DNA of 64,000 bases from Zygnema circumcarinatum SAG 698-1b (GCA_037447605.1 CM074823.1:186001-250000), one strand, 5' to 3'; positions 1-23,155 are shown, numbered from the stretch's first letter. Notes: generated from the sequence alone by a model not told the origin. Made by a program: numbers and translations.

Positions 1-1990
1 ACTCACCTCCTTCTATCGCCGGTTCATTAAGGGCTATGCCCTTATCGCGCGTCCCCTACATGCCTTGGAGAAGCACGGAGTCCACTACGAATGGAGCCGA
101 GCGCAGGATCTGGCCTTCCAGGCGCTCAAGAGTGCCCTCCTTCAGGCTCCCTGTCTGCATCAATTCGACCCCACCCTGCCCACCATTATTGACGCTGACT
201 GGAGTCAGACAGGCTTTGGGGCAGTGGCCAGTCAAGCATTCTCGGATGGGGAACACCCTACCAGCTATGCGTTGGGGTTTGTTCGGGGAATTGAGACTCA
301 AGTACTCTACTGAGGGTGAGGCCAGCGGCTATCCTCCTCGGCACCTCGAGGTTCAAGCTCTTTTCACTACTTACCAGCCCATATTATTATCATCCGGATC
401 ACCACATGCCCCTCACCGCCGCACATCATGGCTACCCTACGCCCTAAGTTTGCACGATGGGTGATGAAGTTGGAGGAGTATAATGTACTTAAGGTCACTC
501 ACCGTCCCGGCCGTAGTCACGGCAATGCTGACGGCCTCAGTCGCAATCCTTCGGCTCCCCTCCTCTGTCACGATCCGGCCGTTCCTGAACCCATCCCTCC
601 ACCCACCCTCTTGAACCCTGAGCATCTTCCCATTGAGATTTTTATTGCCGATCAAGACCTGCATGATGTCATATTCGCAGATGGGCTGATCGATATTCCG
701 GCCACGGCCACCACCCTCCATCGCTGGCAGGACTCTGACTTCACCCACGGCCATCCTCACGCGGATCCTTGGGAGCTCCTCATGGATGACGATGGCGAAG
801 CTCCCTTTCTTCCTCCCCATTTCCCCAGCGCCAATGACGTCCATTCAGACTCCTCCCTTCTGCGCTACGTCATGACCCGCACATTACCCCCCTTTATCAC
901 GGACACCGAGAGGGCTCGGCTGCTCCGCCGCGCTCGGCACTTCTCTGTTGATGATGACGGACAGATTCTGTACCTCCCCTCTGGCCTTCCTGTTCCTTTC
1001 CCCAATGAACGCATGGAGATTCCGGATGTTGCCTATCTACTCCCAGCCCGCCGGATTCCACCTGGCTGTAGCTGATGGTCGCCTCGCCGCAGAGCGCTTG
1101 GCTATTGGCCCGCCTATGGCGAGCCGCTACATCAAACTCCCCGCACTCCGCCAACGCTGCAAACGCTTCCCCGCCTCCCACCGCCAACCCCCGAGATGGG
1201 TGAGATCCCCATACGAGGCGTCGCCGAGATTGGAACATTGACACCTTTTCTATCCCCCAGCTCGGCACCCCCTCTGGCTACATTCGAGTCTTCCTAGCCG
1301 TGGACAGATACACCAAGTGGGTGGAAGTTCATACGACAGAATCTAAGCATTCCATCCACTCTGCTCGCCTCCTGACGGCCATCATTCACCGCCACTCTCT
1401 ACCCTACTCTGTCCACTCTGACAATGGCACCGAATACAAGGGGGCATTTGCCAAGCTCATGTGACTTCCCGTGACACCACCATAATTCCCTAGCCCCTAC
1501 TCCCTCGGGTGCACGGGCTTGCACGCTCATACACGTCAAGGATGTGTATGCTCGCGGCCAGGCGGAGCCGGGAGGCGGATCGGGTGCAGGTCATCCCTCC
1601 CTGGTCTTCACGTACAACACCTCTGTTCACTCCTCCACTGGCTTCTCTCCCTACGAGCTCCTCTATGGCCGTAAGCCCCGCATTCCCCTTGACCTCCTCT
1701 CTGCTGAGCCCCTCTTCCACGATGACGCGCCTCCCCCGGATCGGGTCGCCCAGCTTCAGCTCCTGGCCCTCCGCTTCCAAACCCTAGATTCCATGGCCTC
1801 CCACCACTGAACGCTGCTGCAATGCATAACTCACCGACTTTGGAGGCGTTAGCGCCGACACGCCTCCCCGCCCCAATCATCAGGTCAGCCACGCTAGCTC
1901 ATTTGCCTGTGAATCTCGCCAAACCACCAACGGGTTTTCCGGTTGGGCCCTTCATTTGTGCCGTCCGCCGGAGATCCCACGATGGGCCAT
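1..1990 (+). mobile_element. Degenerate Ty3/gypsy LTR-retrotransposon pol remnant (RT-connection/RNase H, integrase, GPF motif), frameshifted
   Basis: Fragments in shifting frames: FYRRFIKGYALIARPL..W...QDLAFQALKSALLQAPCL..FDPTLPTIIDADWSQTGFGAV (RT/RNase H, 1-300); KFARWVMKLEEYNVLKVTHRPGRSHGNADGLSR (RNase H end, ~445-545); DNGTEYKG (~1420); LVFTYNTSVHSSTGFSPYELLYGRKPRIPLDL (integrase C-part, ~1600-1700); GPF (~1945). Stops and frameshifts lie between the pieces. Confidence 0.9.
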
Positions 1991-3471
1991 CATTTCGGAA
2001 GGCCCTGACTCTAGTGGGAACGCCCGGCGCTGGCGTTCACACTGGATCGACATTCGTGCCGCCACGTCAGCGGTTCCTCCCCCCCGCGATGGCTGAGCGT
2101 TTGCGACCGACAGCGCGGTCTCCTCGTACCCCCCCCTGCCATGCCGACTCCTCATTGGTCCATTTCTAATTCCCGCCACTTTTTGCCGCTTCGCCAACAT
2201 TGCGCCTGTCGGCCGTACCTTTCGATTTCGAATTTGTCTTACTCCCTCCTCCACCTCCGGTCCTGCCGATACTCCCCATTGCCGTAATGTACGGTGGCTT
2301 CTCCACATCGCTACTCCACTCCCCGGGCTCCACGCCATCCTGGCTCCTCCCCGCCTCTTTGTCTTCTTTCCTATACCAAGTAGGGCGCGGCGCTTTGTTC
2401 CCCTTCGCATAAAGGCAGATGTAGCACAACGGAGTTAAGGCTCGACGGGATCCGCTCGCTCAGCTTGTACTTGATATGTTCATATTCAGCGGTCACTGAC
2501 CGCCCGGACCCAGAATTGCCGACGGAAAATGCGAGACGGCGGCTACGCATTTGTTGGCGGCCCACGGACAAAGACACCACATCCAGCCAGGGCGCACCTT
2601 CGAAGCGCCGCAAGATGCCGCCATTGTCATCAGTTGACCTATCCGGTTGCCCACGCACTGGCCAAAGCCACTCAAGCAAGGGCCACAATCGTGGACCTGC
2701 CACTACTAAGGCTCAAGATCTATTGTCAGTGTTAGGTAGATGGGATGTCAGTGATGCTTGTTTGTCTTTTAGTGCTGGGCTTAGTATTTGTATTTGCTGT
2801 GTGTTTTGTCTTCTTGTTCTTGTTTTCTTCTCTTCTTCCTCTTCAGTTCCAGCAACAGATGCTATGTGTGAGAGAGAGAGAGAGTTCCATGCCATAGATA
2901 NNNNNNNNNNGCACCCCCGTTTTGAAAATTTTTCCTGCCCGTTTTGGTTACCCCCCAGTTTTGAATATTTCGGGAAAAAATCTTTTTCCCGCCCCTTTCG
3001 TCCCCTCCGCTGCCCCCTGTTGCGAAACGCGATAAAGGTAAATGTATGATCATTCGTTTATGTCCGCGGTTGCCTTTTAACGGTAAAGGTTACGGGTGGG
3101 TACCGGGAGGTGTCGAGTTCGGTTGTTTCATTCCCCCTCCCTTCATTATTTTTTGGACATTCCATCCCCTCGTTTTCTCCTTTTCACTATTGACTTCCAA
3201 CAATGTGCGACAAAAGAAAAGGGGATTTGCATTGGTCTCAAGTTGGTGAGGCCATCAAATAAGCATGGACAAAGTCAACATGGGAACCACAAGAAATTAG
3301 TCGCAAATGAAACAAGCACAATATAAAAAAACTAGGAACAAAAAACTAAACTAAACTAAACTAAGCTTAAGTACAAAAACGCAACCTTAAACACAACTGC
3401 AAAGGTCACCAATGTTGGGCAACTGTTACTCTCTGTTTTCAGGTTACCCCTAATTAAGGCANNNNNNNNNN

Positions 3472-3678
3472 GCGCTCTCCACGAATAGTCGGCCGTGGGG
3501 ACACCAGGTGGCTCGGCTCCCGTCGCACAAGGTAGTTAGCTTCTTGAGCCACCGCAGCAATCGCATCGCGCACAACATTATGAGCCAAAATGCGTTCGCC
3601 TCCGTGCGCACATCGAAGAAGATGAACGCCTTGCGCATCAATCGAATCACCACAAACACAACGAGGAGAACCCTGCAT
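3472..3678 (-). mobile_element. CRE/R2-type (restriction-like endonuclease) non-LTR retrotransposon fragment, copy 1
   Basis: CVCGDSIDAQGVHLLRCAHGGERILAHNVVRD = CCHC zinc knuckle plus (R)HN motif. Truncated by the N gap at 3462-3471. Confidence 0.7.
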
Positions 3679-4147
3679 GGCCGTTATCTAGTCGTCACAG
3701 TTGTATAATATAATATATATTATATAGTCGTAATTAATCCATCCCTACTGGTGTGTAACAAGCCTTGAGCACAACACCCAAAGCCTGCTAGAGACTAAGT
3801 CACTTAAACGTAATGCTGGTTTCTGGAACGATTGCAAGTGCCCCCTTCCCAGGACCCCCTCTTGCATTCATCCCACGCCCCTTATACGCTCCCCCCGTCG
3901 AACCCTTTACCAGCGTAAGGGACCGGGAGCAGGGCTAGCCAATGGCGCTATGCCACGTGGCCAATCGACTGGTCCAATGCCAGTTGTATGAGAGGCCGGT
4001 CACGGTCACCAGCATTCCCAATGTGTGACCGTGACACGTTACTCCGTATAGCGACCGGCGGTCGTGGTCGCGTTCCGATCTCGAACGCGACGCGCGACGC
4101 CGCAGAATCGCCGTCAGTCCGTACCGTCCGTACGGGNNNNNNNNNNC

Positions 4148-4400
4148 TGAGTAAGTCTGAATCTTCAGACGTGTGGTTATGGTGCCAAGGATTTGACCCT
4201 GTCTTCCATCACCAAAAGTCACGACTTCGGTGAGAGGGGAGACAGACAAGTCAACAAGCTTAACAAGTACAGCACTAATGAAATTAGAATCAGCACCTGA
4301 ATCAAGTAAAACTACTACAGATCTGCCGCCAATGAAACCGTGAAAGGTCATTGCACGGTGTGCAAGGTGGAAGAGTGACCGCAATACATACGATGATGGA
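4148..4400 (-). mobile_element. Ty3/gypsy aspartic protease (retropepsin) fragment
   Basis: FHGFIGGRSVVVLLDSGADSNFIS...VTFGDGRQGQILG: D(S/T)GA catalytic motif and flap. Sits on a short contig between two N gaps. Confidence 0.85.
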
Positions 4401-4576
4401 GAACATGAAGTCCGCCAGATCAAAGGGTACGGCGATCCAACCAGCAAACTGGTAGAAGTATCCACCCAATGTAGCATGGGATGTCCTTTTCGCCAGATCT
4501 TGACCAACTTCCAGTTAGTATGGCTAAAAGTCCCAATAGAAGCATGCAAAGGCATCAATACATGCAANNNNNNNNN

Positions 4577-4802
4577 NCAAATCAGGGCGAACTCCGCGCT
4601 CTCCACGAATAGTCGGCCGTGGGGACACCAGGTGGCTCGGCTCCCGTCGCACAAGGTAGTTAGCTTCTTGAGCCACCGCAGCAATCGCATCGCGCACAAC
4701 ATTATGAGCCAAAATGCGTTCGCCTCCGTGCGCACATCGAAGAAGATGAACGCCTTGCGCATCAATCGAATCACCACAAACACAACGAGGAGAACCCTGC
4801 AT
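4577..4802 (-). mobile_element. CRE/R2-type RLE non-LTR retrotransposon fragment, copy 2
   Basis: Same CxC..H...C..HN sequence as copy 1, continuing to ...REPSHL...GVRPDL (start of the PD-(D/E)xK endonuclease motif). Confidence 0.75.
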
Positions 4803-6562
4803 GGCCGTTATCTAGTCGTCACAGTTGTATAATATAATATATATTATATAGTCGTAATTAATCCATCCCTACTGGTGTGTAACAAGCCTTGAGCACAACA
4901 CCCAAAGCCTGCTAGAGACTAAGTCACTTAAACGTAATGCTGGTTTCTGGAACGATTGCAAGTGCCCCCTTCCCAGGACCCCCTCTTGCATTCATCCCAC
5001 GCCCCTTATACGCTCCCCCCGTCGAACCCTTTACCAGCGTAAGGGACCGGGAGCAGGGCTAGCCAATGGCGCTATGCCACGTGGCCAATCGACTGGTCCA
5101 ATGCCAGTTGTATGAGAGGCCGGTCACGGTCACCAGCATTCCCAATGTGTGACCGTGACACGTTACTCCGTATAGCGACCGGCGGTCGTGGTCGCGTTCC
5201 GATCTCGAACGCGACGCGCGACGCCGCAGAATCGCCGTCAGTCCGTACCGTCCGTACGGGTGGTACGGATCCGTACGGCTACACCGTACGACTGTACGGA
5301 AGGCTTGTACGGCCGAACCGTACGGAGATCCTCAGGATGCCGGCGGCACCGTGGTGTCTGTAGCGTTCAGTTCGCTACAGGTGTGACGCCAAATTGCGTA
5401 ATATTCCTTGTCTTTTCCTTAATAATGACGTTACCATACGCATGGTAACCGGATGTGGCATTGGTCTCACGCATGGGGATGCCATGAAACGCTCATGTTC
5501 AACAACAACATGGGAACCACAACGACCAACGCAAAGGACCAATGACAACAGAAAATAGCTCTGAGCGCTTCTTTAGCATGTACCGTACTCTAACAACCAA
5601 AGCAAACAGATATCTAAAATCCCTAAAATAAGGAAGTTGACATTCCGTATGGTATAACTTTGGATAGGCTCCACTTTACAAAGGGATGTAACCTCTCCCT
5701 TCGATCCTTTTGCGGCCAGTTCCTCGTGGTTCCCCATGATGCTGATGTTGTCCATGTACATTTGATGGCACCATCGCCATCGTGAGTTCAATGCCACACC
5801 TTTTGCCTTGTACTCTAGAGTTGTACACCTAACTTTAGAGCGGCAATAGTTTATGAAATATTTGATTTTTCAAGGCCAGAACAACAGCAGAAGACAAAGA
5901 CGCGCGTTCCATGCGCCGGTTCCGTAAAAATGCAGACGTTTCATTTCCTTATTATTTGAATTGTGGGGTCAAATCGACGCCATGGAAAAAGGCTACATTT
6001 TCTGAACCCTAAAAAAATCTTTAACCTGAATAAATGAACGACCAACCGACCGAGTGACACGCCCTTCAAATAATGGAACAAGAATACGGAGAGGGATCGA
6101 CACCTGTCCTTCCCTCTCCCTCTCCTCTCTCTTCCTGTCTCCCCCACTACCTCCCTCCCGCCGTACTCCCTCTTTCCCCCCTCTCCCTTTCGCCCGCCCT
6201 CCTCTCCCTCTCCCATCTCCCTCCTGCTCTCTCACCCTCCTCCCTCCCTCCTTTCTCCTATACCCTAACAAGGGGGCACGTGAGTGCGGTAGATGCTACG
6301 GAAATGTGAGAGACAATAGTGGAATAAACAAAAAAGAGGAAGGGGGTAAACATCTCAACGGGACGACCCTCCTCCCTCCAACCCACCCTCCCGTTTCTCT
6401 CCCTCTTCCTCTCCCTCTTCCTCTCCCACACCCCCAAAAGCAAAAAAAGGAAAAAAACCAAAGTTGGCACCACATCCAAAAGCTCGGTGGAGGATTCCTT
6501 TTCCGAAACCTTCAGCGCCGACCAATCAGAGAAGAAAGAATGGAGCTCTCCACCAATCACGT

Positions 6563-16113
<9,551 letters not shown>

Positions 16114-17740
16114 GGTGATGTTGCGGATGCACTTTATGTTGCGGATGCACTTATGTAGCTACTGGAGCTGATGATGTACCAGCAGGCGATGATGTAGCAG
16201 AGTGATGTCTACGGTATTTCTAGTGTAAAAGCTGGCGCTGATGCATCATCATCCCCTGGAGATGTTGCCGGTGCTGAAAGTGATGTTGAGATGCGCCTAG
16301 TCTCCAGCAGACTGTCATATTGGGGACCCCCCCTGGTAATGTTGCGGATGCGCCCAGTGATGTTACCAGTGGTCAAAAGTGATGTTGCCGATGATGATGA
16401 TGCTGATGCTGATGATGATGCAGCCAAAGGGCGCACTGAACTCTAGGCCCAGTGATGTTACGAGTGTTCCAAAGTGATGTTGCCGATGATGATGATGATG
16501 CTGATGATGATGCAGCCACAGGGCGCCCTGAACCCTAAGCCCAGAGATGTGACCCTGCTCCCGCGGTTGGAGGGGTTTAGGGTTCAGGGAAGCGGACACG
16601 TGGCAGGCAGCCCTGCATGGCTGACTTCTCTCCCTAAGCCCTAAGCGCCCTCCCTGAGGGTGGCAGGAGGCAACGGCGTTATTCTGCCCGGGAAGTTTCT
16701 TTCGACCAATCATAAAACACGAATCCGACGAAAAAAAGACTTTTGACCAATCAGAAGCGTCCGCTGGAAATTTTAGGGTTTTTTTCAGAAGGACTTTTTG
16801 AGGGCCGTCTTTGACCGTCGGTCCGCCTTCCGTCCTCTTTGTCTTTGTCTTTTTAATTTCATTTTTGTGTCCAAAGCTAGCGGTCGGAAATCGGGCAAAA
16901 GACCGGAATCTATTGACCGTCCGATCTCTGGCAAATTGATGACATTTTGTCGTTTGTGCGGGATTAGACGGTTCAGATTCGTCGTACAAAAACATATGTA
17001 ACAATATCCAATGGTGGGCTGCCACGTGTATTTCGTACAGCAGTTTGGACGGTTCGGCCGTACAAAGTGGAATTTCCGAATTTCCGACAAAATTGGGGGT
17101 CTCCCTAATGACACACCAAAAATCACTTAAGGCACATTAAAAGTCGATCTAGACACAGCCTACAACGTTAAAAACACATCCCAAATCTCTTGGCCGCCAA
17201 TCACTGTCCGTAAAAAGATTCCCATCGGACCTGACAATCAATTTTACTGGTTCGTACAGATTCTGTGCTAGAAAGTGTGGGCGGCAACATTTGTCGCTAC
17301 CTTGAATTTTGTCGGCGCAACCGCCACTCGCCGGCGGAAAAAACCTGCGCCACCAATAAATTTGCTTTCGGTCAGGTAGTGTCTGGACTGCAGTCGGTAC
17401 GGCTGATTTTTTGTCCAATCAAAAACGTTTTCATTGGAGCTCGCAAGTGCCAACTGCCCGCCGGCAAATTTCCGCCCTCGCGTGGCGACGGTCCTGCCAA
17501 GCAGGGAGATCAGCACGCGGTTCCATGGACAGTTTCGCCGTTGCGCGCGATACGGGCAATATCATGGCCGGTTTTGCCACTGTGGCACCTACGTGGCAAT
17601 AATATTTACTGACATGTCACCGATGTGGCACCTACAAGGCACACATAGGGCAAAAATGTCTGAAATGCCGCCTATGTGGCACATACGTGGCAAAAATATG
17701 TACTGTGACGTGTACGTGATGCCAACGTGGTTTTGATATG

Positions 17741-18224
17741 CAGTCTAATCACGTTATAGTGACTGTGTCGGTCCCCACACATTTGTGTCACTATATCGGT
17801 AATGACCCGTTTGTCATTTCACATTTATAGTAACAATGTTATTACATATGTTTTTGCGGTATATCCGTACGACTTTGATACCGTACATTGTACTTTTTGG
17901 GCAGTCGTCACTTGGGTAGGTGTGTACGAACCCTAGTGAGCATGTGTACGGACAAGTTGATATGTACGGTCACGTCGATATCTGACGATATTAGTCGATA
18001 ATGTGTACGGTCGTAGTATATTTGTAACGCATATTCCAATACGTGGGTGGATAATATCGACATTTTGAATATATAGTAACAATCAGGGTTTTTCAACGTC
18101 ATTATATCCGTAATGGCGTCACTACTGGCGCAGGATCTGCAGTGGTGCAATTCCGTTCCCGGAAAAAAAGTCAGTATATCCATGCTGTTCTTATAAACAG
18201 TGTCACTATAACGTGATTAGACTG
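17741..18224. mobile_element. MITE-like element, 484 bp, perfect 23-bp terminal inverted repeats
   Basis: CAGTCTAATCACGTTATAGTGAC at 17741-17763 and its reverse complement at 18202-18224. Both ends are flanked by TG. No coding capacity. Confidence 0.7.
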
Positions 18225-18793
18225 TGTTAACAAAAACATTCTGTCAACGTGGCAATGACGTGGCTGCCACGAAAGTTTTTTTTTTTTTTTTGAAAAGTAC
18301 AAGAAAACCTTTCTTTGAGGTGGCGCTCCAACTGTCCGTTGACCTGAGAAACGACGATTCGTCCAATCGCATGATGCCACGTGGCGGCAGGAATACCAAT
18401 AGCTCGCGTCCGCCAATAAGCGACGTCCACGTGGCGATCACTCGAAAAACGGAGCTGTTATGGAACCCGCAGTTCCCGTAAAACGCTTCATCCGACGTGG
18501 CGCTTTCGAAGCCGTTCCATGGAACCCCGTCCTTTGACGAGCCAATTCCGCACGGCCGAAATTCTGACTTCTAGAAAAAAATACGAAATCTGATAGGCCC
18601 TGGTCCTGAAAAGGAGCGAGTTTCAGACTTTCCTTAGCACTTCCAGTGACGGAATCTGAATTCTTTAGAAAGGGACCACATTCCAGAAGGAGAAGGGCTT
18701 CCAGTAGACAAGATAAAGCCTCATATACAAAGGATTCACTGGAAACCCATACAAAAGTGGGCCCAGACGACCAGCCTAGCAACAATGCGTAAT

Positions 18794-18832
<39 letters not shown>

Positions 18833-19737
18833 CCCCCTCGCTCTCTATCTTTCACATTCTCTTGTTCTCTCTTTCTCTCTCTCCCCCCTCTCTCTCTATC
18901 TATTTTTCACATTCTCTTGTTCTCTCTTTCTCTCTCTCCCTCCTCTCTCTCTATACCTATCTTTCACAGTCTCTTGTTCTCTCTCTTTCTCTCTCTCTCT
19001 CCCCTCTCTCTATACCTATCTTTCACATTCTCTTGTTCTCTCTCTCTCCCCTCTCTCTGTATCTATTTTTCACATTCTCTTGTTCTCTCTCTTTCTCTCT
19101 CTCTCCCCTCTCTCTATATCTATCTTTCACATTCTCTTGTTCTCTCTTTCTCCCTCTCTCTCTCCCCCCTCTCTCTCTCTCTTCTGGCTACAAATTAGCA
19201 CTATCGTGTTCCTAAACTCCCAAGAAGATGTTCTGACCTAGAACTGTCACATAGAACTGTTATTCGAATCTCCATTTCCGTTCACGATCGGCGACGGCAG
19301 GTGTGCTTCCTGAAATCACAAAATTTTAGAGTTTAAGGGTTCGAGAATTTTGACTTAAAAAAGGTTTTAATCACATTTTAGGACCGTTAAATCTTTCAAG
19401 GGTCCTATTCTTGCTACAATCTCGCATGGAACCGTTAAAGAAAAAAAAGTAAATAACTACATAAAGTTCAACAGCATGAGAGAGAGACAAAGCGAGAGAA
19501 AGAGAGAGAGCAAGAGAGAGACAGAGCGAGAGAAAGAGAGCGAGAGACAGACAGAGAGAGAAAGAGAGACGGAGAGAAAGAGAGAGAGAGAAAGAGAGAC
19601 AGAGAGAAAGAGAGAGAGAGAAAGAGAGAGAGAGACAGAGAGAGAAAGAGCGAGAGAGAGGGAGAGAGAGAGAAAGAAAAAGAGAGTATAAACTTACACT
19701 CATTTTTTTTGCATTTGAGGCCTCCATTTTTCTCGTC

Positions 19738-19992
19738 CTAATGGAAGGATTGTTTTCTGAACGCGGAGATTTTCGCCTTCTCTTTTTCCTCTCTCCCTCT
19801 CCCACTCCTCTCTGAAAAAGTGAGAGCGGATTTTGGGGTCCGGGCACCTTCAGGAGTGGGAGAGTCCTCTCCCTCTCCTTCTCCCTCAGGGAGAGGGAGA
19901 AGGAGAGGGAGAAGTTCATGCCACTCCAGATCCTCCTGGTCTCCGTCCGAATACCTCACCTGAACAAAGGAAGGAAAAAGATTAGACACGAA

Positions 19993-20045
<53 letters not shown>

Positions 20046-21707
20046 TCTCTCTCTCTCTCCCTCACTCTCTCTCTCTCTCCCACCCTCTCCCTCTCACTCT
20101 TCTGTCTTTCCCTCTCTTTTTGGTACTATCCATCCATATTCGTTTTCTAGCTTGCTCCCGCTCCCTTTCTATTCTCCTCTCCGCCATTTCAGAGAGGAGA
20201 ATAGAAACTTCTCTCGTCTATTCCAGCATTCAATCTTTCTCGCCCTTCCCTCACTCCTCTCCCCGATCCCGTTCTCCCTCGACCTTCTCTCTCCCACTTT
20301 TCTCTCCTCTTTCCTCACCCACCCACGCAGCCTACTCCTCACCCTCCCGCCTCCCTCCCACCTTTACCTCTCTCCTCCCCCTTCCCCCTTCCCCCTTCCC
20401 CCTTTCCCCCTCCCCCCTCCCCCTTTCCCCCTCCCTCCCTCTCTCCTTCCCTCCGCCTCCCTCACCCTCCCTCCCTCCACCTCACACTGCCCCCCCTCTC
20501 CTTCCTTCCTTCCCTCACCCTCCCTCCTCCCCCTCCTTTCTCCTCCCTATCCTTCCCTCCATCTCCCTCACTCTCCCTCACACTCCCCCCCCTCTCCTTC
20601 CTTCCTTCCCTCACCCTCCCTCCTCCCCCTCCTTCTCCTCCCTCTCCTTCCTCCCTCTCCCTCACTCTCCCTCACACTCCCCCCCCCCTCTCCTTCCTTC
20701 CCTCACCCTCCCTCCTTCCCCTCCCTTCTCCTCCCTCTCCTTCCCTCCCTCTCCCTCACTCTCCCTCACACTCCCCCCCCCTCTCCTTCCTTCCTTCCCT
20801 CACCCTCACTCCTCCCCTCCCCCTCCCTTCTCCTCCCTATCCTTCCCTCCCTCTCCCTCACTCTCCCTCACACTCCCCCCCCCCTCTCCTTCCTTCCCTC
20901 ACCCTCCCTCCTTCCCCTCCCTTCTCCTCCCTCTCCTTCCCTCCCTCTCCCTCACTCTCCCTCACACTCCCCCCCCCTCTCCTTCCTTCCTTCCCTCACC
21001 CTCACTCCTCCCCCTCCCTCCCCCTCCCTCTCCCTCCCTCCCTCCCTCCCTCCACTTACCTTGTAAAACCCTGCCGCCGGATTGTACCCCTTCACCCATC
21101 CATCAAACGGAACTCCAAAAAAATCTTTCACCAACTTCCTGCCCACAACTGCGCTGCCCGGCCCAAATTTTCTCCCCAGTTTCGCCCCGGTCTGCCCAGA
21201 ATTTTTTTGAGGAGAATTTCTTTTCGGATATTCGTGTACTGAAGCTGGTTTTGACGAAATTATCAACTTTGTTTTTTCTTTTTTTGACGGAGTTTCGGGC
21301 GCTCTTTTCATTGGAGAGGGTTTAGGGTTCAGGGAGGGAGGGGAGGAGGGAGAGGGGAGAAGGAGAGGCTCAAGTTCGTGCCATTCCATGTCTTCTTGAT
21401 CGCCGTCAGAGTACTTAACCTGCGGAAAGAGAGGGGTGGAGAGGGAGAGGCAGAGAGGGAGAGAGAGAGGGAGAGAGCGAGAGGGAGAGAGAAAGAGGGA
21501 GAGTGAAAGGGAGAGCGAGAGAGGGAAAGGGAGGGAGGCAGGAGACGGAGGGAAGGAGGTGGAGGGGAAAGGAAGTGACGGAAGTAAAGCATTTGAGAGA
21601 GAGAGCGAGAGAGAGAGAGAGAGAGAGAAGGTGAGGCAGTAAGAGGATGTCCGCATCCTCAGCTGGGCAAAAAGGTATATAGCGTGAGAAGGGTGGGAGA
21701 GCGAGCA

Positions 21708-21738
<31 letters not shown>

Positions 21739-22830
21739 GAGAGAGAAGGACACAGAGAGAGAAAGAAGGACACAGAGGGAGAGGGAGAGGCGGAGATGAA
21801 GGGGGCATTGGAAGACTTGAAGCATACAGAGGGAGAACGGAAGAGAGGGAGATAGGAGGAAGAGAAGAGAGACAATAAGAGAGGAAAAAGAGAGAGAGGG
21901 AGGGAGAGAGAGAGAGAGAGCAATTTTCTTACCTTGAAATATTTTGTCAGTTCGTTGAAGGATATGACTCTTCCTTCAAACAACGTCCCGTAAAAATCTT
22001 TTTCCAATTTCCGGCCAATCAGAGCGCTGCCCGAATTTTCTTTTTTTTGATTCACCGGAGAGCACCCGGAAGCTTCCGGAAGGTACTGGGGTTCATCCAC
22101 AGAAACAATTTCCGCTGCCCGTTTTTTAGCTGCCCGTTTTTCCGCTGCCCGTTTTTCAGGTGTCCGAATTCCGTCCCCTTCCGCTTCTTCTCTTTTGGGC
22201 GTCGTCGACTCATCTTTTTTTTTCCGAAAAAAGTCTTTTTTTTTACCCACAGAAATTTCTTCATTCACTTCTTCCTTCGAAATGTTTTCACTTCTGCCCG
22301 CTCCAATCTCGTCCTTCCCTTCGTCCTTTTTTTCTTCGGATTTTTTTTCGGGCAGCTTTTTCCGTGTCTCGGAAATTTCGGTAGTCCACTTACCCAGTTT
22401 TATTCGTTTCGATTTTTCGAACTTTAAACTGTTTTCCAAACCTTCAGTCTTGGCCATTTTTTTCCTCTTCTCAAGTTTCTGTTTGAACAAAAAGAAAAAA
22501 TTTACAGACGGGAAGGAAAAAACAAGCAAATTAGTGGGTTTAATAAATTAGGATTTTGCAAAAATGGGGTTCCGAAAAGTGTTGTTAACAAATTTTTCGA
22601 GAGAAAGCTACAGAGAAAGGAACAGAGCGGGAGTGAGAGTGAGAGAGAGGAACAGGAGGAGAGAGGGGTTTTCGAGGGTTTTTCTGTTGGGTTGAAGTTT
22701 TTTTTTAGCTGACCGGAATTTTGCCTTTCTCGAGGTTTTTGGCCCCGCTTTGGAGATCGTTTGGCAAACATCCATCCGCATTTCTCGCCTTTTTTTTCGC
22801 CGGTCTATTCCTATACCCCATTTGTACCCA

Positions 22831-22871
<41 letters not shown>

Positions 22872-23155
22872 TGTGCATATAGTCGGCATTAGTGTGCTTC
22901 TAAACAAATAGGTCTAAAAGATCCTTCGGATATAATATTAATTCTAGCGTGAAGTTGGAGGACAATGTGAAGAGAAAGAGAGAGGGAAAGAGGGAGGAAA
23001 GAGAGGAAGAGAGGAAGAGAGAAAGGGAGAGAGAGAGAGAAAGAGAAAGAGAGAAAGAAAAAGAGAGAGAGAGAGGAGAGAGAGAAAGAAAGAGAGAGAG
23101 AGGAGAGAGGAGAGAGGAGAGAGAGAGAGAGGGAAAAAAAGAAAGAGAGAGAAAA

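Larger units (their letters stand above)
3472..5268. repeat. Direct duplication 3472-4136 = ~4596-5268 flanking N gaps (probable assembly overlap)
   Basis: Near-identical ~660-bp sequence on both sides of two 10-N gaps. Confidence 0.8.

Noticed and set aside
2166-2735. ORFs with a CYIC motif after the gypsy remnant
   Set aside because: A lone CxxC with no supporting domain; cannot be assigned.
5700-5765. YMDNISIMG resembling an RT YxDD motif
   Set aside because: It lies within a short non-coding repeat that has two other copies in the opposite orientation, and no other RT motifs are nearby.
16209-16436. Ser/Ala-rich ORF upstream of EXO70 as a missing N-terminal exon
   Set aside because: It starts at GTG, is built from the local GAT/CAT repeats, ends in a stop and has no Exo70 similarity.
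18438-18785. 115-aa minus-strand ORF downstream of the Tudor gene
   Set aside because: It has no recognisable motif, a non-ATG start and no convincing in-frame splice from the Tudor CDS. Probably 3'UTR or intergenic.
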